Source: a virus
Taxonomy: Duplodnaviria > Heunggongvirae > Uroviricota > Caudoviricetes
Reading direction: 5' to 3' (one strand)
IMG/VR virus record: IMGVR_UViG_3300013137_000008
Length of the DNA: 64,000 nt
Part shown: piece by piece, positions 9,799 through 19,246 of the stretch
Numbering within the stretch: the first letter of the stretch is position 1
Layout of the letters: each line of letters begins with the position of its first letter
Translations under genes and position numbers: made by a program
Notes under the pieces: generated by a model
The model's input: the letters and a program-made list of their open reading frames with translations, nothing else
Databases searched by the model: none
What the model was told of the DNA's origin: nothing

Positions 9799-10074
9799 TT
9801 AATCCTTGTAGAAGTCGCTCAATGGGCGTTCGTATTTTCTGAGGGGAATCCAGAACATAAATGTCATTCTGTATTGATGAAGCGTATCGAATCTTCGGAA
9901 GGTGTCAAATCCCTTGCCATCATCAATGCGTTGTCTTGTGAACACCCATTCTTCTTCAATGAGCCTAACTATAAACTTGAGAACAAGATGGTTGCGGATT
10001 AACAATAGAATACAAGTTACTGATCCAAGTAAGAAAATTATCGCAACAACTGCCTGCTCTGTTAAAAGTCCCAT
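9799..10074 (-). CDS. Small membrane protein
   Basis: One TM helix. Confidence 0.35.
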   Translation of the reverse strand: MGLLTEQAVVAIIFLLGSVTCILLLIRNHLVLKFIVRLIEEEWVFTRQRIDDGKGFDTFRRFDTLHQYRMTFMFWIPLRKYERPLSDFYKD

Positions 10075-10322
10075 AATAAATCTCCTTTAGAAATACGTTT
10101 TATTTCTAAACGCAATGCCTTGAAACCGTATATAATGTGTATCTTAGCTTTTTTGATGATGTTCTTTGTCCGTGCTATTGCTATTAACTTATGTCTTTTT
10201 AGACGTATTTTAGAGATTTCACGAACCTCTTTGTGGTCATACCCCATAAAGAATAAGCTATCATTAGCAACAACTTTAGACACGGTAGAAATATTTAAGT
10301 TGCTATTATTACATTCACACAT
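10062..10322 (-). CDS. Hypothetical protein
   Basis: 86-aa ORF. Confidence 0.3.
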   Translation of the reverse strand: MCECNNSNLNISTVSKVVANDSLFFMGYDHKEVREISKIRLKRHKLIAIARTKNIIKKAKIHIIYGFKALRLEIKRISKGDLLWDF

Positions 10323-10345
10323 CTGTATAGTTACTCCATTATTTC

Positions 10346-10813
10346 TTAGATATCAGGCAGGTCTTTTGTATCTGCCCACATTTCTGTAAATTTGTCTGTG
10401 TATCGTGCAAGTTTATAATCGCTAGTAATGGTAAATATGAGTCCTCCGAACATTGGGGTCATCACTATTAGTCCCCAAATCCAAATAATGTTAGCGGGGT
10501 TTGGAACAGCGGTGTCATCCTTATATGGTGGAGTTTTTAACACGTATCCATTTACAGTATCTATTTTATTAGGGCCATACACTACCTCAATATCTTTGTT
10601 CTGCTCAATAACTGCCCATGGAATTACATATTTGGTATATGTAATCTTCTGGGAGTCTGTTGCTGATGTGCATAAGCCCCATGCAAGCAAAGATACAAAG
10701 CCAATCAGTACCCACACTCCAATTATTCCCATAATCAAACTTGTCCACTTCCATGGCTTCTTCCTAAAGAACCTACGAATTGCTATACCTTTGACATCAT
10801 CTAAATTCAACAT
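10346..10813 (-). CDS. Membrane protein
   Basis: Multiple TM segments. Confidence 0.45.
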   Translation of the reverse strand: MLNLDDVKGIAIRRFFRKKPWKWTSLIMGIIGVWVLIGFVSLLAWGLCTSATDSQKITYTKYVIPWAVIEQNKDIEVVYGPNKIDTVNGYVLKTPPYKDDTAVPNPANIIWIWGLIVMTPMFGGLIFTITSDYKLARYTDKFTEMWADTKDLPDI

Positions 10814-10834
10814 GTTTTTTTCTCCTGTCTTTAT

Positions 10835-11053
10835 TTATTTCTTATCCTTAAAGAATTCAAAGCAACCATAGATAGATAATCCCATAAATGATGCTATTAC
10901 TATGTCTATTGGGATTGACCAATATCCTAATAGCTGGAAAAGCACATACCCTAATCCTACAAGCATTGCTATTAATATTAAACCTAATCCCAATGGGATA
11001 GAAAACAATACTAACCAAAATGATGCTATCCCTATATTTCTGAAAAACTCCAT
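10835..11053 (-). CDS. Small membrane protein
   Basis: Two TM helices in 72 aa. Confidence 0.4.
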   Translation of the reverse strand: MEFFRNIGIASFWLVLFSIPLGLGLILIAMLVGLGYVLFQLLGYWSIPIDIVIASFMGLSIYGCFEFFKDKK

Positions 11054-11112
11054 AATTCCATACCTCGCTTATAGGATATAATATCACAAATAGTAACAAT
11101 AGTCAACACATA

Positions 11113-11152
11113 TTGACATAATACTTGACAAACCAAGATATTGTGTTATAGT
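11113..11152 (+). promoter_or_regulatory. sigma70-type promoter (TTGACA x2, spacer 16, TGT-TATAGT extended -10) at a strand-switch region
   Basis: ttgacataatacTTGACAaaccaagatattgTGtTATAGT followed by aagggggttaaaagATG. Confidence 0.6.
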
Positions 11153-11172
11153 AAGGTTAAGGGGGTTAAAAG

Positions 11173-11345
11173 ATGGAATTAGAGTTTTTAATCGTAGAAG
11201 AAGCCGCAAAATGCCTGCGGGTTGATGAAGCGACTGTAACTCGCTGGATAAAAAGTGGTAAACTGAAAGCAATGAAGAAGGGCAGGCGGTGGTTAATCTC
11301 AAAAGCTGATTTTGAAGAGTTCGTATCAACGGGAGGTTCAAAATG
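11173..11345 (+). CDS. HTH_17 excisionase-family DNA-binding protein (57 aa)
   Basis: EEAAKCLRVDEATVTRWIKSGKLKAMKKGRRWLISKADFEEF; strong SD; not in ORF track because <60 aa. Confidence 0.6.
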
Positions 11346-12152
11346 AAAAGAATATTGTTTGTCTTAGTCGCAATGGTTCTCTTATCTACCTCTTGTCTCA
11401 ATGCTCCTACTGAGTCAAAAACAGGGACAAAGTATGATGCTACACAGGATGCCCGTATTGTCTCTCTTGAAGGTGTGGTACTTGGCCCCAATGGTCTACA
11501 GGCTATTGTTGGCACTATCCAGCAGAAAATCTCTGGCATATCTGATGTACCTTCATTAATTGCTCGTGTAACTTCAATGGAATCTCGCCTAACTACCGCA
11601 GAATCGAAAATCGGAGTCGGTGGCGGAGTTTCCCAGGATACTGTGGACGCTCTATCAGCACGAATTAAAACCCTTGAAGATTGGAAAGCGGGATTAGGTT
11701 CAAGTAGTGGTGGTAGTACACTTCCAGCGGTTGAAGGGGTACTCGACTCTGATGGTAATTTACAACTAATCCTTGATAGGGAGGTAGACGAAGAGATATG
11801 GCTAGCTGATGGCGATAGCCAGACATGGCGATTGACCGTCAAGAACAATGGAACGTCCTCAACATATTTCCGTATCAATGCGGACTTTGACTGTGAAGAA
11901 TCTGTAAATATTACCAAGGCCACTTTTACTCCAAGTTATGCTTCAACTGTTACAACCGTCCCTGCGGATTATACTGATAAAACGTCTATAGTCTCATTAC
12001 CATTTGTTATTACTACCACTGGAAACAATAAAATATATATTGGCAAGAATCGTGAAGAGTCTCTCTTTGTTACATTAACAATTGACTATACTGGCACTGC
12101 CACTCCTGGTAAGCTCTGGACATGGGACTTTTCTATTCGGGACGTGGATTGA
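11343..12152 (+). CDS. Secreted protein or lipoprotein
   Basis: Signal peptide MKRILFVLVAMVLLSTSC; Ser/Thr/Gly-rich; ATGA coupling to the upstream HTH gene. Confidence 0.55.
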   Translation: MKRILFVLVAMVLLSTSCLNAPTESKTGTKYDATQDARIVSLEGVVLGPNGLQAIVGTIQQKISGISDVPSLIARVTSMESRLTTAESKIGVGGGVSQDTVDALSARIKTLEDWKAGLGSSSGGSTLPAVEGVLDSDGNLQLILDREVDEEIWLADGDSQTWRLTVKNNGTSSTYFRINADFDCEESVNITKATFTPSYASTVTTVPADYTDKTSIVSLPFVITTTGNNKIYIGKNREESLFVTLTIDYTGTATPGKLWTWDFSIRDVD

Positions 12153-12315
12153 TTTCAATATCGTCTAGCTGAAGTTCAAGCCGCTCTAAGAATAGGTTGT
12201 CAGGCCAGCTCTCGATTTCTTCGAGTGCCAGTTCCTTTGCTTGCTCATCATCAAAGATGTCTGGCGATTGAATATCAATATCTACGTAGCCTGTGTAGTT
12301 TACTCGTACTATCAT
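12133..12315 (-). CDS. Small acidic protein
   Basis: 60-aa ORF. Confidence 0.3.
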   Translation of the reverse strand: MIVRVNYTGYVDIDIQSPDIFDDEQAKELALEEIESWPDNLFLERLELQLDDIEINPRPE

Positions 12316-12325
12316 TTTGTTCCTG

Positions 12326-12643
12326 CTAAGATATTATATCACTACTTGCTATTGTTCTAGCTATTGTTTGGGCATCTTTTAGTTTGCGTAGATTAAGTAA
12401 GTCAGTTGGTTCTAGTAAAAGTGTGTGATCTTTCCCTTTTGACATGTAATAGACACCCTTTGTAAGTGATAGTATATAAGCACTTTTAAACATTCGTTTT
12501 ATCTCGATAATAAAGATATTTTTGGCCTTAGTATCGTTGGCCGAACTCTTTACATAGTTGGATACTCTACCGAATATAAGGTTATTGTCAAATTTACTGT
12601 TAGTAGCTCTCTGTAGTATTTCCAAGTTTGTTAGTTCTTTCAT
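12326..12643 (-). CDS. Hypothetical protein (start placed at internal Met with GGAGG SD)
   Basis: The ORF-track version overlaps the upstream gene; ATG at 12643 is preceded by GGAGGATGAATAAT. Confidence 0.4.
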   Translation of the reverse strand: MKELTNLEILQRATNSKFDNNLIFGRVSNYVKSSANDTKAKNIFIIEIKRMFKSAYILSLTKGVYYMSKGKDHTLLLEPTDLLNLRKLKDAQTIARTIASSDIIS

Positions 12644-12644
12644 A

Positions 12645-13040
12645 TTATTCATCCTCCATGTTTTCAGACTGAGAGATGGACTCGCGTGCTTTTTCGATTG
12701 CATCTCCCATATCCATTTGAGCAGGCCATCCCTTAGCCATAATGTCATGGTTTTTGAAAGCCCTCTCAAATCCTTTTAGTGCCTCATACATAAGAGGAAT
12801 AGCCTTTGCTACTGCTAAGGGGTTAGAATAGTTTATCTTCGTACAAGCATTAACAGCAGCACAAATTAGGTTAGCATTGTTTGTAGAGTTGGGGTTATAG
12901 GGCAATCCATCTGCTTCATTAATATTGCCCAAATTACAAACAAATGTTAATGCTGGCCCATGATCGTTTGCTGATATGTGTAGATGTTTGTGCGAACTCC
13001 ATTTTGTAACTTCCCATTTGCCTTCAGTGTACTTAAGCAT
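12645..13040 (-). CDS. Hypothetical protein, paralog of 23872..24195
   Basis: Shared ANLICxA...PLMYEALKG motifs. Confidence 0.45.
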   Translation of the reverse strand: MLKYTEGKWEVTKWSSHKHLHISANDHGPALTFVCNLGNINEADGLPYNPNSTNNANLICAAVNACTKINYSNPLAVAKAIPLMYEALKGFERAFKNHDIMAKGWPAQMDMGDAIEKARESISQSENMEDE

Positions 13041-13303
13041 AGTTCTATTTTACCTCCACTTTATAAGTAGTATATTTTGTTAATGTCAGAGCGTAATTTA
13101 TAAGCGCAGTCGCAATTACTGATAGGATAGAGACAGCGAATATGTTTTTTAACATCTGCTTATGCCCAATCCTAAGTGTATATTCCATAGCACAAATACA
13201 ATAGAATATGATTCAAAATATGCCGTATGGATGTGCGCTCTAATTACATCCCATCCTCGCTCGGAGTCACGCCTTATAAAGTTGATGAATCTTAGTTGCC
13301 AAT

Positions 13304-13621
13304 TCAACGTAGCGTCCTCTCTTTGAATTGTTGCCACCAAGTACAAGACTTACGCATGAAACTGCAGCATGGGTCAGCCAAAGGACATAGGGTTGTTTCT
13401 TCTCCAACGCAGCAAACATTATCTCGCTGGTTATCTATCTCCTCAATAACTGCCTTGACTGATTTACGGTCTTGGGCTTTGAGTATTTCAATGGCAAATT
13501 TATATTCTCTTGATTTTAAGAAATCGCTGTATGTAGTGGTTCCATCATCATCTGATATACCATCGTGGTAGTATGTATTCACTATCTCAGCATCCGCCAG
13601 CAATCTATCTTTACTATCCAT
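13304..13621 (-). CDS. Hypothetical protein
   Basis: 105-aa ORF. Confidence 0.35.
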   Translation of the reverse strand: MDSKDRLLADAEIVNTYYHDGISDDDGTTTYSDFLKSREYKFAIEILKAQDRKSVKAVIEEIDNQRDNVCCVGEETTLCPLADPCCSFMRKSCTWWQQFKERTLR

Positions 13622-13636
13622 GATATTCCTCCAAAG

Positions 13637-13951
13637 CTATTCCTCTACTTTCTCGTATGTAGCTTCAAATATGTCCGGTTTGCAAGGATAAAATTCCCCT
13701 TTAACTCCCCTGATAATCCAATCTCCAACAATGGCAGTCATCCACCCTTCTAACGTATCTATTTGCAGATATTCTCCTGTTGGATTATCCTGTGTAGGTT
13801 CGAGTACGGGACTTTCAATCACCTTATCACTTGACCAATTCCGGATTTCCCAACCATTTTTGCCAGTATATTGGATAGTATCAATAACTACGGGTTTCTT
13901 TCTATATTTCATTTTATCTCCTCCAATTCTTTGAGCATTTGCTCCCAACAA
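13637..13951 (-). CDS. Hypothetical protein
   Basis: 104-aa ORF. Confidence 0.35.
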   Translation of the reverse strand: MLGANAQRIGGDKMKYRKKPVVIDTIQYTGKNGWEIRNWSSDKVIESPVLEPTQDNPTGEYLQIDTLEGWMTAIVGDWIIRGVKGEFYPCKPDIFEATYEKVEE

Positions 13952-14205
13952 TCAGGACAAACTCTCCTGATTGGATATGTTTGGAAAATACCTTGCTTCT
14001 CTGAAATCCACCTATTTATTGGATGCTCAGTACATGGTTCATCAGCCCATTTTGCAAGAGCCTTTGCTGTTGCGATTAATCCAATGTATTCAGATAAAGG
14101 TCGGCAAGTAAGAGAGCAAATCAATAAGTGACTATTGGGGTCTTTCCGTCTAACCTTGCAATCATCACAAGAATTCTTGGGCATCCATTCTGGTTTATTT
14201 ACCAT
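13909..14205 (-). CDS. Cys-rich small protein (W-x-P-K-N-x-C-x-x-C family)
   Basis: PEWMPKNSCDDC...CPDCWEQMLKELEE; paralog of the C-terminal half of 21109..21432. Confidence 0.4.
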   Translation of the reverse strand: MVNKPEWMPKNSCDDCKVRRKDPNSHLLICSLTCRPLSEYIGLIATAKALAKWADEPCTEHPINRWISEKQGIFQTYPIRRVCPDCWEQMLKELEEIK

Positions 14206-14455
14206 CTTGTGCCTCCAGATGAGCTTTCATTTGTTCGCATAGAATTTTGCCAAGATATTTTTCCACTTGTTCCATTAAATCCTCGTAAGCACTGTCAGCT
14301 CCATCTTCATATACTTTATAGTCTCTCTGTGTTTGTTCATTAACACCATGAAACAATGGATATGGATTTACGCCTATCCATTCTGGCCTTACTGGTTTAT
14401 TTCTGCTCGGACAGATGCAATCCTCTGGTTCTTCCTGGCAAAACTTACAAGTCAT
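14195..14455 (-). CDS. Cys-rich small protein (MTCKFCQEEPEDCICPSRNKP family)
   Basis: N-terminus nearly identical to 21109..21432 at both protein and DNA level. Confidence 0.45.
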   Translation of the reverse strand: MTCKFCQEEPEDCICPSRNKPVRPEWIGVNPYPLFHGVNEQTQRDYKVYEDGADSAYEDLMEQVEKYLGKILCEQMKAHLEAQDGK

Positions 14456-14652
14456 TTGCTGACCCCCTGCTTATATATCCAAAAGCCAAAACCTAATAAT
14501 ACCAACGAATATCTTAATAGCCCATTATCTCGCCATTCAACCTAGTCCAATACCCATAGAAAAAACCAATCTCGCAAAGATATAAAATCCCAAGGTTTCA
14601 TCCATGTGACAAATATAATCTTCATCTCTACTCACCTTTCCTTTTGGCTATC

Positions 14653-15126
14653 TCAGCCTTGTAATTTGAGTGTAGCAATTAATTTACCCCACTCATCATT
14701 TCTATACATGCCATCTGCGAATTGATACATATTATCGAATTCACCTTTTGGTAGTTCAGGTGTCATCCAATAGATATAAAACAGGCCTCCTTTCCCTTTC
14801 ATATAGCCAGCTTCGAGATGGGCACTTCGGCCACAAGGCATCATCATAAGTACACAGTTAGCCCAATCAAGCCACTTCTTGTCCTCCTTAAAGGCCATCT
14901 CGAATTTATCCTTAACGGCTGGATGGGTAAGTGCTGAGATAGCGTCAACATCATCTATGTTGCACCCCGCTTGTTCAAGACATTCTCTTATATTAAATCC
15001 CAAGCGACCCCCGTCTTGGTCACAAAAGCAATCGACATCAAAACCATGAGCTCGCAGTCCTTTCAGGTACAGTTTTATTACATCTGCTAAACGCCAACTA
15101 CCAGCAAGATATATTTTGAGTGCCAT
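14653..15126 (-). CDS. Nucleoside 2-deoxyribosyltransferase-like protein
   Basis: IYLAGSW N-terminal motif and SAHLEAGYMKGKG matching the NDT catalytic ELGYA..GK region. Confidence 0.55.
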   Translation of the reverse strand: MALKIYLAGSWRLADVIKLYLKGLRAHGFDVDCFCDQDGGRLGFNIRECLEQAGCNIDDVDAISALTHPAVKDKFEMAFKEDKKWLDWANCVLMMMPCGRSAHLEAGYMKGKGGLFYIYWMTPELPKGEFDNMYQFADGMYRNDEWGKLIATLKLQG

Positions 15127-15127
15127 C

Positions 15128-15376
15128 TTATTTACCCTCCTGTCTTTTCAAAATCTCCTGTATGTGGGAACGGAGATATATTGTGAATGGGTAAAGCTCA
15201 GTAATATATGAATAACGGCGTTGTATATCATCCAAATCCAATCTTGCCAGTACAGCCAATTCCTCGGCTGACCAGTTGGATGGAACTGAGATAATTTTAT
15301 CTTTGCTTATAACCAAGTCACCACTATCAGTTTCAAATGGTTTAGCATCGCTACTGAATATTCTAACTGTGTTCAT
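15128..15376 (-). CDS. Hypothetical protein
   Basis: 82-aa ORF. Confidence 0.35.
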   Translation of the reverse strand: MNTVRIFSSDAKPFETDSGDLVISKDKIISVPSNWSAEELAVLARLDLDDIQRRYSYITELYPFTIYLRSHIQEILKRQEGK

Positions 15377-15391
15377 TGTGCTGCCTCTATC

Positions 15392-16740
15392 TTTGATTGC
15401 ATGTAGTGTTCTATAAACCCAACCGGCTTTGCCTTAAAAGTCTCATTTTCCAATTACTTTTGGGGCAACTAGCGTTTTTGCCTCAGAAGTCCAAAAAGTT
15501 GGTTCTAATCCGAGTTCATAAATCGACTGAATCAGTACGCAAATATTGTGGCAGAGAACCTTACAAAGGACTTCATTTACCTGTGCAGTAGGGGTTTTAG
15601 CCTTTACAGCAGTCCCAAACTTAGATTTAATCATACTGAAAGTAGTTTCAGCATTGGAACGCTTGTGGTAGTGCTGTAGGAAAGTTTCACGGTTGAAGTT
15701 ATAGAAGTGCCACATGCGATTCCAAATATCGTTCATATCATTATAAGATGCGTTCTGCTGTACAGCGGCGTTAGTTTTAAATGGAATATAGGCTGTTCCG
15801 CCCATCATTTGAGTGGCTTTGATATTTCGTTTGCTTGAGTATGCTTTATCAGCAGAAACCTCATTTATATCGAATGTCTTGGCAGTCTGGCTAAGAAGTG
15901 GTGCAAACTGTGGATTGTCAGCAGATTCATACGGATCGGCTTCTACGCTTGTTACTACGTGCGTTTTAACTCCACACATGATATGAGCTTTTATCCAAGT
16001 TTGTTTTGAGCGATTCTTACCATACTTGTGGTCAAACCAACGGCGGTAGGTGGACGTAGAAAAGCCAGAGGAATCAACTGCAAAATCGGTTTCTACGGCT
16101 TTCAACGGGCTTGCGCTCAACTCTATTAAATTCTTTAGTATTGGAGTAATTCTTGGATTTTCAAGGTAACGGAAGGCACTATTGTAGTGCGGGGCTTTGT
16201 CCATGAATCCGTCATTTTGGGCTTCTACGAGGTCGCTGGTAATCCTTCTGCCCGACATCATGCAGTAAGACTTATAAACAAGTGCAAACACAACATCTGA
16301 TAACGGTAGGCGTGGCCTACCAAATTTATAGACAGGCTGCTCAACGCCATCACAAAGCTCATGCAACAGTTTTAAGAAATGCTCTGTTTCATGTGTTTGG
16401 GCTTCGTTGTATGTGTGCCAATCTTGGTTATAGGTTATTCTAATCCCCTCCGTATAAGTCACCGTACCATCGGGCTTAGTTTCTCGCTGAATAACAAATT
16501 CAACAGCGTGAATATGTTTGCAAGGCTGTTGCCGTTCCTCGAAATCAGGGCAAGAGCAAAATGGTTCGCCTTGGTCGAGATTCACAATATAATTTCCAGC
16601 ACCCGACTGAGAAGGTACTTTCCAACCAATCTTATTCCTCTCAATTCGAGAAGTCGCTGCGATTTGTAGTCCTCTTTCTTGTCTTGCATCCATTATAATT
16701 ACCTATCATTAATTTCCTTTGTAATATGCGTCAATTGCCT
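15392..16740. mobile_element. IS4-family insertion sequence (approximate ends); imperfect terminal IR TTGAYYGCATRT; candidate 9-bp direct repeat TGCCTCT(A/C)T
   Basis: ttgattgcatgta at 15392 matches the reverse complement of 16728..16740 (ttgacgcatatta). ctgcctctat at 15381 matches ttgcctctct at 16742. Encloses a single transposase gene. Confidence 0.4.
15443..16693 (-). CDS. DDE transposase, IS4 family, with N-terminal SWIM zinc finger
   Basis: CSCPDFEERQQPCKHIH (SWIM CxCx..CxH). DDE residues in DSSGF, SADKAYSS and ETTFSMIK. YHKRSNAETTFSMIK fits the Y-x2-R-x3-E-x6-K signature. Confidence 0.8.
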   Translation of the reverse strand: MDARQERGLQIAATSRIERNKIGWKVPSQSGAGNYIVNLDQGEPFCSCPDFEERQQPCKHIHAVEFVIQRETKPDGTVTYTEGIRITYNQDWHTYNEAQTHETEHFLKLLHELCDGVEQPVYKFGRPRLPLSDVVFALVYKSYCMMSGRRITSDLVEAQNDGFMDKAPHYNSAFRYLENPRITPILKNLIELSASPLKAVETDFAVDSSGFSTSTYRRWFDHKYGKNRSKQTWIKAHIMCGVKTHVVTSVEADPYESADNPQFAPLLSQTAKTFDINEVSADKAYSSKRNIKATQMMGGTAYIPFKTNAAVQQNASYNDMNDIWNRMWHFYNFNRETFLQHYHKRSNAETTFSMIKSKFGTAVKAKTPTAQVNEVLCKVLCHNICVLIQSIYELGLEPTFWTSEAKTLVAPKVIGK

Positions 16741-17545
16741 CTCTAACCTTTGCCAATGACTTAGACAGTTCGCGATCACTTTTTGTAGGCGATATTATTG
16801 AATCTAATAGATATTCTGTAGAAATTAAATGTGTGCTATTGCTAACAGATTTCAATGTATGGGGGGCAATAGAAGATATTTTGAAATCTCTGACATATTC
16901 ATCTATAGCGAATGCAATTTGTTCCGTTGGAACAATATGCCGAAGATTATTGAGGGTTTGGGATAATTTACAATAATCTCTGTCTTGAGCCAATATGATT
17001 TCTAATCTGAATAACTTATTGAACAATTGCGTAGTCTCATTTGGGTGATCTGCGTTTTGTCTGATTTCTAATTTAAATTTACTTGGTAGGAATCTCGCTA
17101 CTCTTTTAAATACCTCATTAATGCCATCGATAGGAGCTAATGTTCCTGCATCCATCGCAATTGGATTTTGTATGAATAAAGGAGTTCCATCTATTGATTC
17201 CATTGGGAAGGGGTTATTCTCGCTCAAAGATATCAAAGAATTCAGGGCAAAGTCAGAATCTATCACTGACGATTCTGCGATATCAGAGGTACGCAAGCGC
17301 ATTTTATTAAGTAATGGCGGTATATCTAATAAGTTTTTACGAGTTCTGCCCCTTATAAATAGTCCAATTGCAATTAACATTACTACAGCACAAACGGTAA
17401 CTATTATCCTGTTTTCTGTGGGTAAGGCTTCCCAAATATTAACAATAAATATAATCATTGTTGGGACTCCTGCAATAATGGCGACAATCTCGAAAATACT
17501 GATTTTGCCTTGAATAAATTTGTCCCACCCTGCTTTCTTATCCAA
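16709..17545 (-). CDS. Membrane-anchored hypothetical protein
   Basis: Two N-terminal TM helices; 278 aa. Confidence 0.45.
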   Translation of the reverse strand: MDKKAGWDKFIQGKISIFEIVAIIAGVPTMIIFIVNIWEALPTENRIIVTVCAVVMLIAIGLFIRGRTRKNLLDIPPLLNKMRLRTSDIAESSVIDSDFALNSLISLSENNPFPMESIDGTPLFIQNPIAMDAGTLAPIDGINEVFKRVARFLPSKFKLEIRQNADHPNETTQLFNKLFRLEIILAQDRDYCKLSQTLNNLRHIVPTEQIAFAIDEYVRDFKISSIAPHTLKSVSNSTHLISTEYLLDSIISPTKSDRELSKSLAKVREAIDAYYKGN

Positions 17546-17701
17546 TTACCCCTACCTTCTACGATAACGTTTTTAAATAACGTCACGTATTTGTACAATC
17601 TATTCTCATTATATAATAGATTGGGAGGTAGACGTTTGCGAAGTATTGATATAAGCTCATTCTTCATAGTTAATCTCCATTCTTTTATAGTGGTACAATA
17701 G

Positions 17702-18106
17702 TCATAATTTGGAAGTGGGAGGTTTGTTGTGTGTAAAATTGTTGGTTTTATTATTGGTGTCGTTGGTGTGGCAACGTTGGTCATTAGTGTAGCCCTTAAT
17801 TCGCTGGGTGTAATTTCTATGGATCAGGCACTTTATGCAATTGTAGTACCATCTATTGGTGGCATGGTTATTGGTACTGTAATGGTTATTTTCTGCTGAA
17901 CATAAACCATTTTTTAGAAGCCAACTTCCTATTACTATCTCTATAAGCCCAACACAAATAGGAATAGTAATGTTGTATAGCAATCCCAATCCTATTAGGA
18001 GCGTATTAAAAGAGAAAATAACAGTTCCCAATCCAATGAATTGGCACGGCCTTTGGGGAATTAATCTATGAGCAAATTCAGATAACCGCTTATGGAAGTT
18101 ACGCAT
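17702..18106 (-). CDS. Membrane protein
   Basis: Hydrophobic segments. Confidence 0.35.
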   Translation of the reverse strand: MRNFHKRLSEFAHRLIPQRPCQFIGLGTVIFSFNTLLIGLGLLYNITIPICVGLIEIVIGSWLLKNGLCSAENNHYSTNNHATNRWYYNCIKCLIHRNYTQRIKGYTNDQRCHTNDTNNKTNNFTHNKPPTSKL

Positions 18107-18111
18107 CTACC

Positions 18112-18471
18112 TCACCTCCCAATCATAAAGGGCTGACTTTTGGGGCAGATTGCCCACTTTTGGGGCAAGTGGCACTTGTAGGGCAAAGCCAACCCAACCA
18201 CATTACAACTTTTAAATGGACATTCACTGCACATTTCTGTGATGTCAATTTCAACAATATCTGATTCCCAATATCTTTTCTCAGGATCGGAGCAATCAGG
18301 TTCGGCACTTGGTTTTATTATTTTGATTGTGTTCATTTGGGCACCTCTTTTATTCTCCTGCCTGACCTTTGCTCGGAAATTTGCGACTCCACTCTGGCAG
18401 GACAACCACATCTTATCTCTCTGGTCTTTGCTCGGCAATCGCCTACTTTGCAACTGCGCTCTGAGAGACAT
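18112..18471 (-). CDS. Hypothetical protein
   Basis: 119-aa ORF. Confidence 0.35.
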   Translation of the reverse strand: MSLRAQLQSRRLPSKDQRDKMWLSCQSGVANFRAKVRQENKRGAQMNTIKIIKPSAEPDCSDPEKRYWESDIVEIDITEMCSECPFKSCNVVGLALPYKCHLPQKWAICPKSQPFMIGR

Positions 18472-18601
18472 GACCTACCTTGCGCTCCAACCTATGAGCG
18501 TCTTTAGAAAGTCCTCTTCTTCCTCCTCTTCCTCTTCGTCCCAATCGAAATCATTGTATTCCCTTTCGTCTTCGTCCATTATATGTCCTCCTGTTTTTTA
18601 T

Positions 18602-18820
18602 TTACCAGTCACTTTTGGGGTAGTCTTTCGCGGAATAGTATTCATCATAATCGGAGCAACTTCTGTCTCGACATACATAACAGGGTTCGCCGTCATATGG
18701 ATGCCTTGCCATTGACATCTTCTTGTCACAGATAGTGCACCTTGCTATCCCTTCGTAACCGTTGCCTGTAAATTCAAATATTTTGTTTGTCATTCCTGCT
18801 TCACCTCGAATATTTTTCAA
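18602..18820 (-). CDS. Cys-rich small protein
   Basis: CTICDKK...CYVCRDRSC. Confidence 0.35.
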   Translation of the reverse strand: MKNIRGEAGMTNKIFEFTGNGYEGIARCTICDKKMSMARHPYDGEPCYVCRDRSCSDYDEYYSAKDYPKSDW

Positions 18821-19010
18821 ATTCGCTCTGTGGGATATTATCCAGGTCTACGCCCCTATAGTAAAAAGCACAACCTCGTTTCCCCTTGAGTATCAGAGCT
18901 TCACCGCCATTAGCCTCTATTAAGTCCTTTGAGTTGCGCTCATCCGTAGTATTGGATGAGTACCATAGCTCGTAGTCTTTGCCATTGTGGTTGATTCGTT
19001 CCTTTGCCAT
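18801..19010 (-). CDS. Hypothetical small protein
   Basis: 69-aa ORF. Confidence 0.35.
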   Translation of the reverse strand: MAKERINHNGKDYELWYSSNTTDERNSKDLIEANGGEALILKGKRGCAFYYRGVDLDNIPQSEFEKYSR

Positions 19011-19021
19011 TCTATGCCCTC

Positions 19022-19246
19022 CTATTTTTTAATTTTGTAATACACGCCAAATATGACAACTGTAAAGGATATTGCTGTTCCGGTAACACAGATTATAGCG
19101 GGAAGCCACAGAAAATAGGCCAATTTGTTGCCATTGAGCATAACCATAAACCAGTTAGATGCTATGGTTAAGGATAGGAATATTATCCCTACGATTGACC
19201 ATATTATGATTGTTTCCGTCTTTGTTATGTCCATAGTGCTTCTCAT
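19022..19246 (-). CDS. Small membrane protein
   Basis: Two TM helices. Confidence 0.35.
   Translation of the reverse strand: MRSTMDITKTETIIIWSIVGIIFLSLTIASNWFMVMLNGNKLAYFLWLPAIICVTGTAISFTVVIFGVYYKIKK

Noticed and set aside
11084-11923. 279-aa minus-strand ORF overlapping the plus-strand secreted-protein gene
   Set aside because: The plus-strand gene has a consensus promoter, SD, signal peptide and coupling to the HTH gene. The minus ORF is Ser/Leu/Thr-rich low complexity without start signals.
18239-18715. 158-aa plus-strand ORF and a 34-aa poly-Glu minus ORF (18475..18579) with AGGAGG SD
   Set aside because: The plus ORF is antisense to two minus-strand genes and is Ser-rich low complexity. 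The poly-Glu mini-ORF is possible but too short and low-complexity to call.
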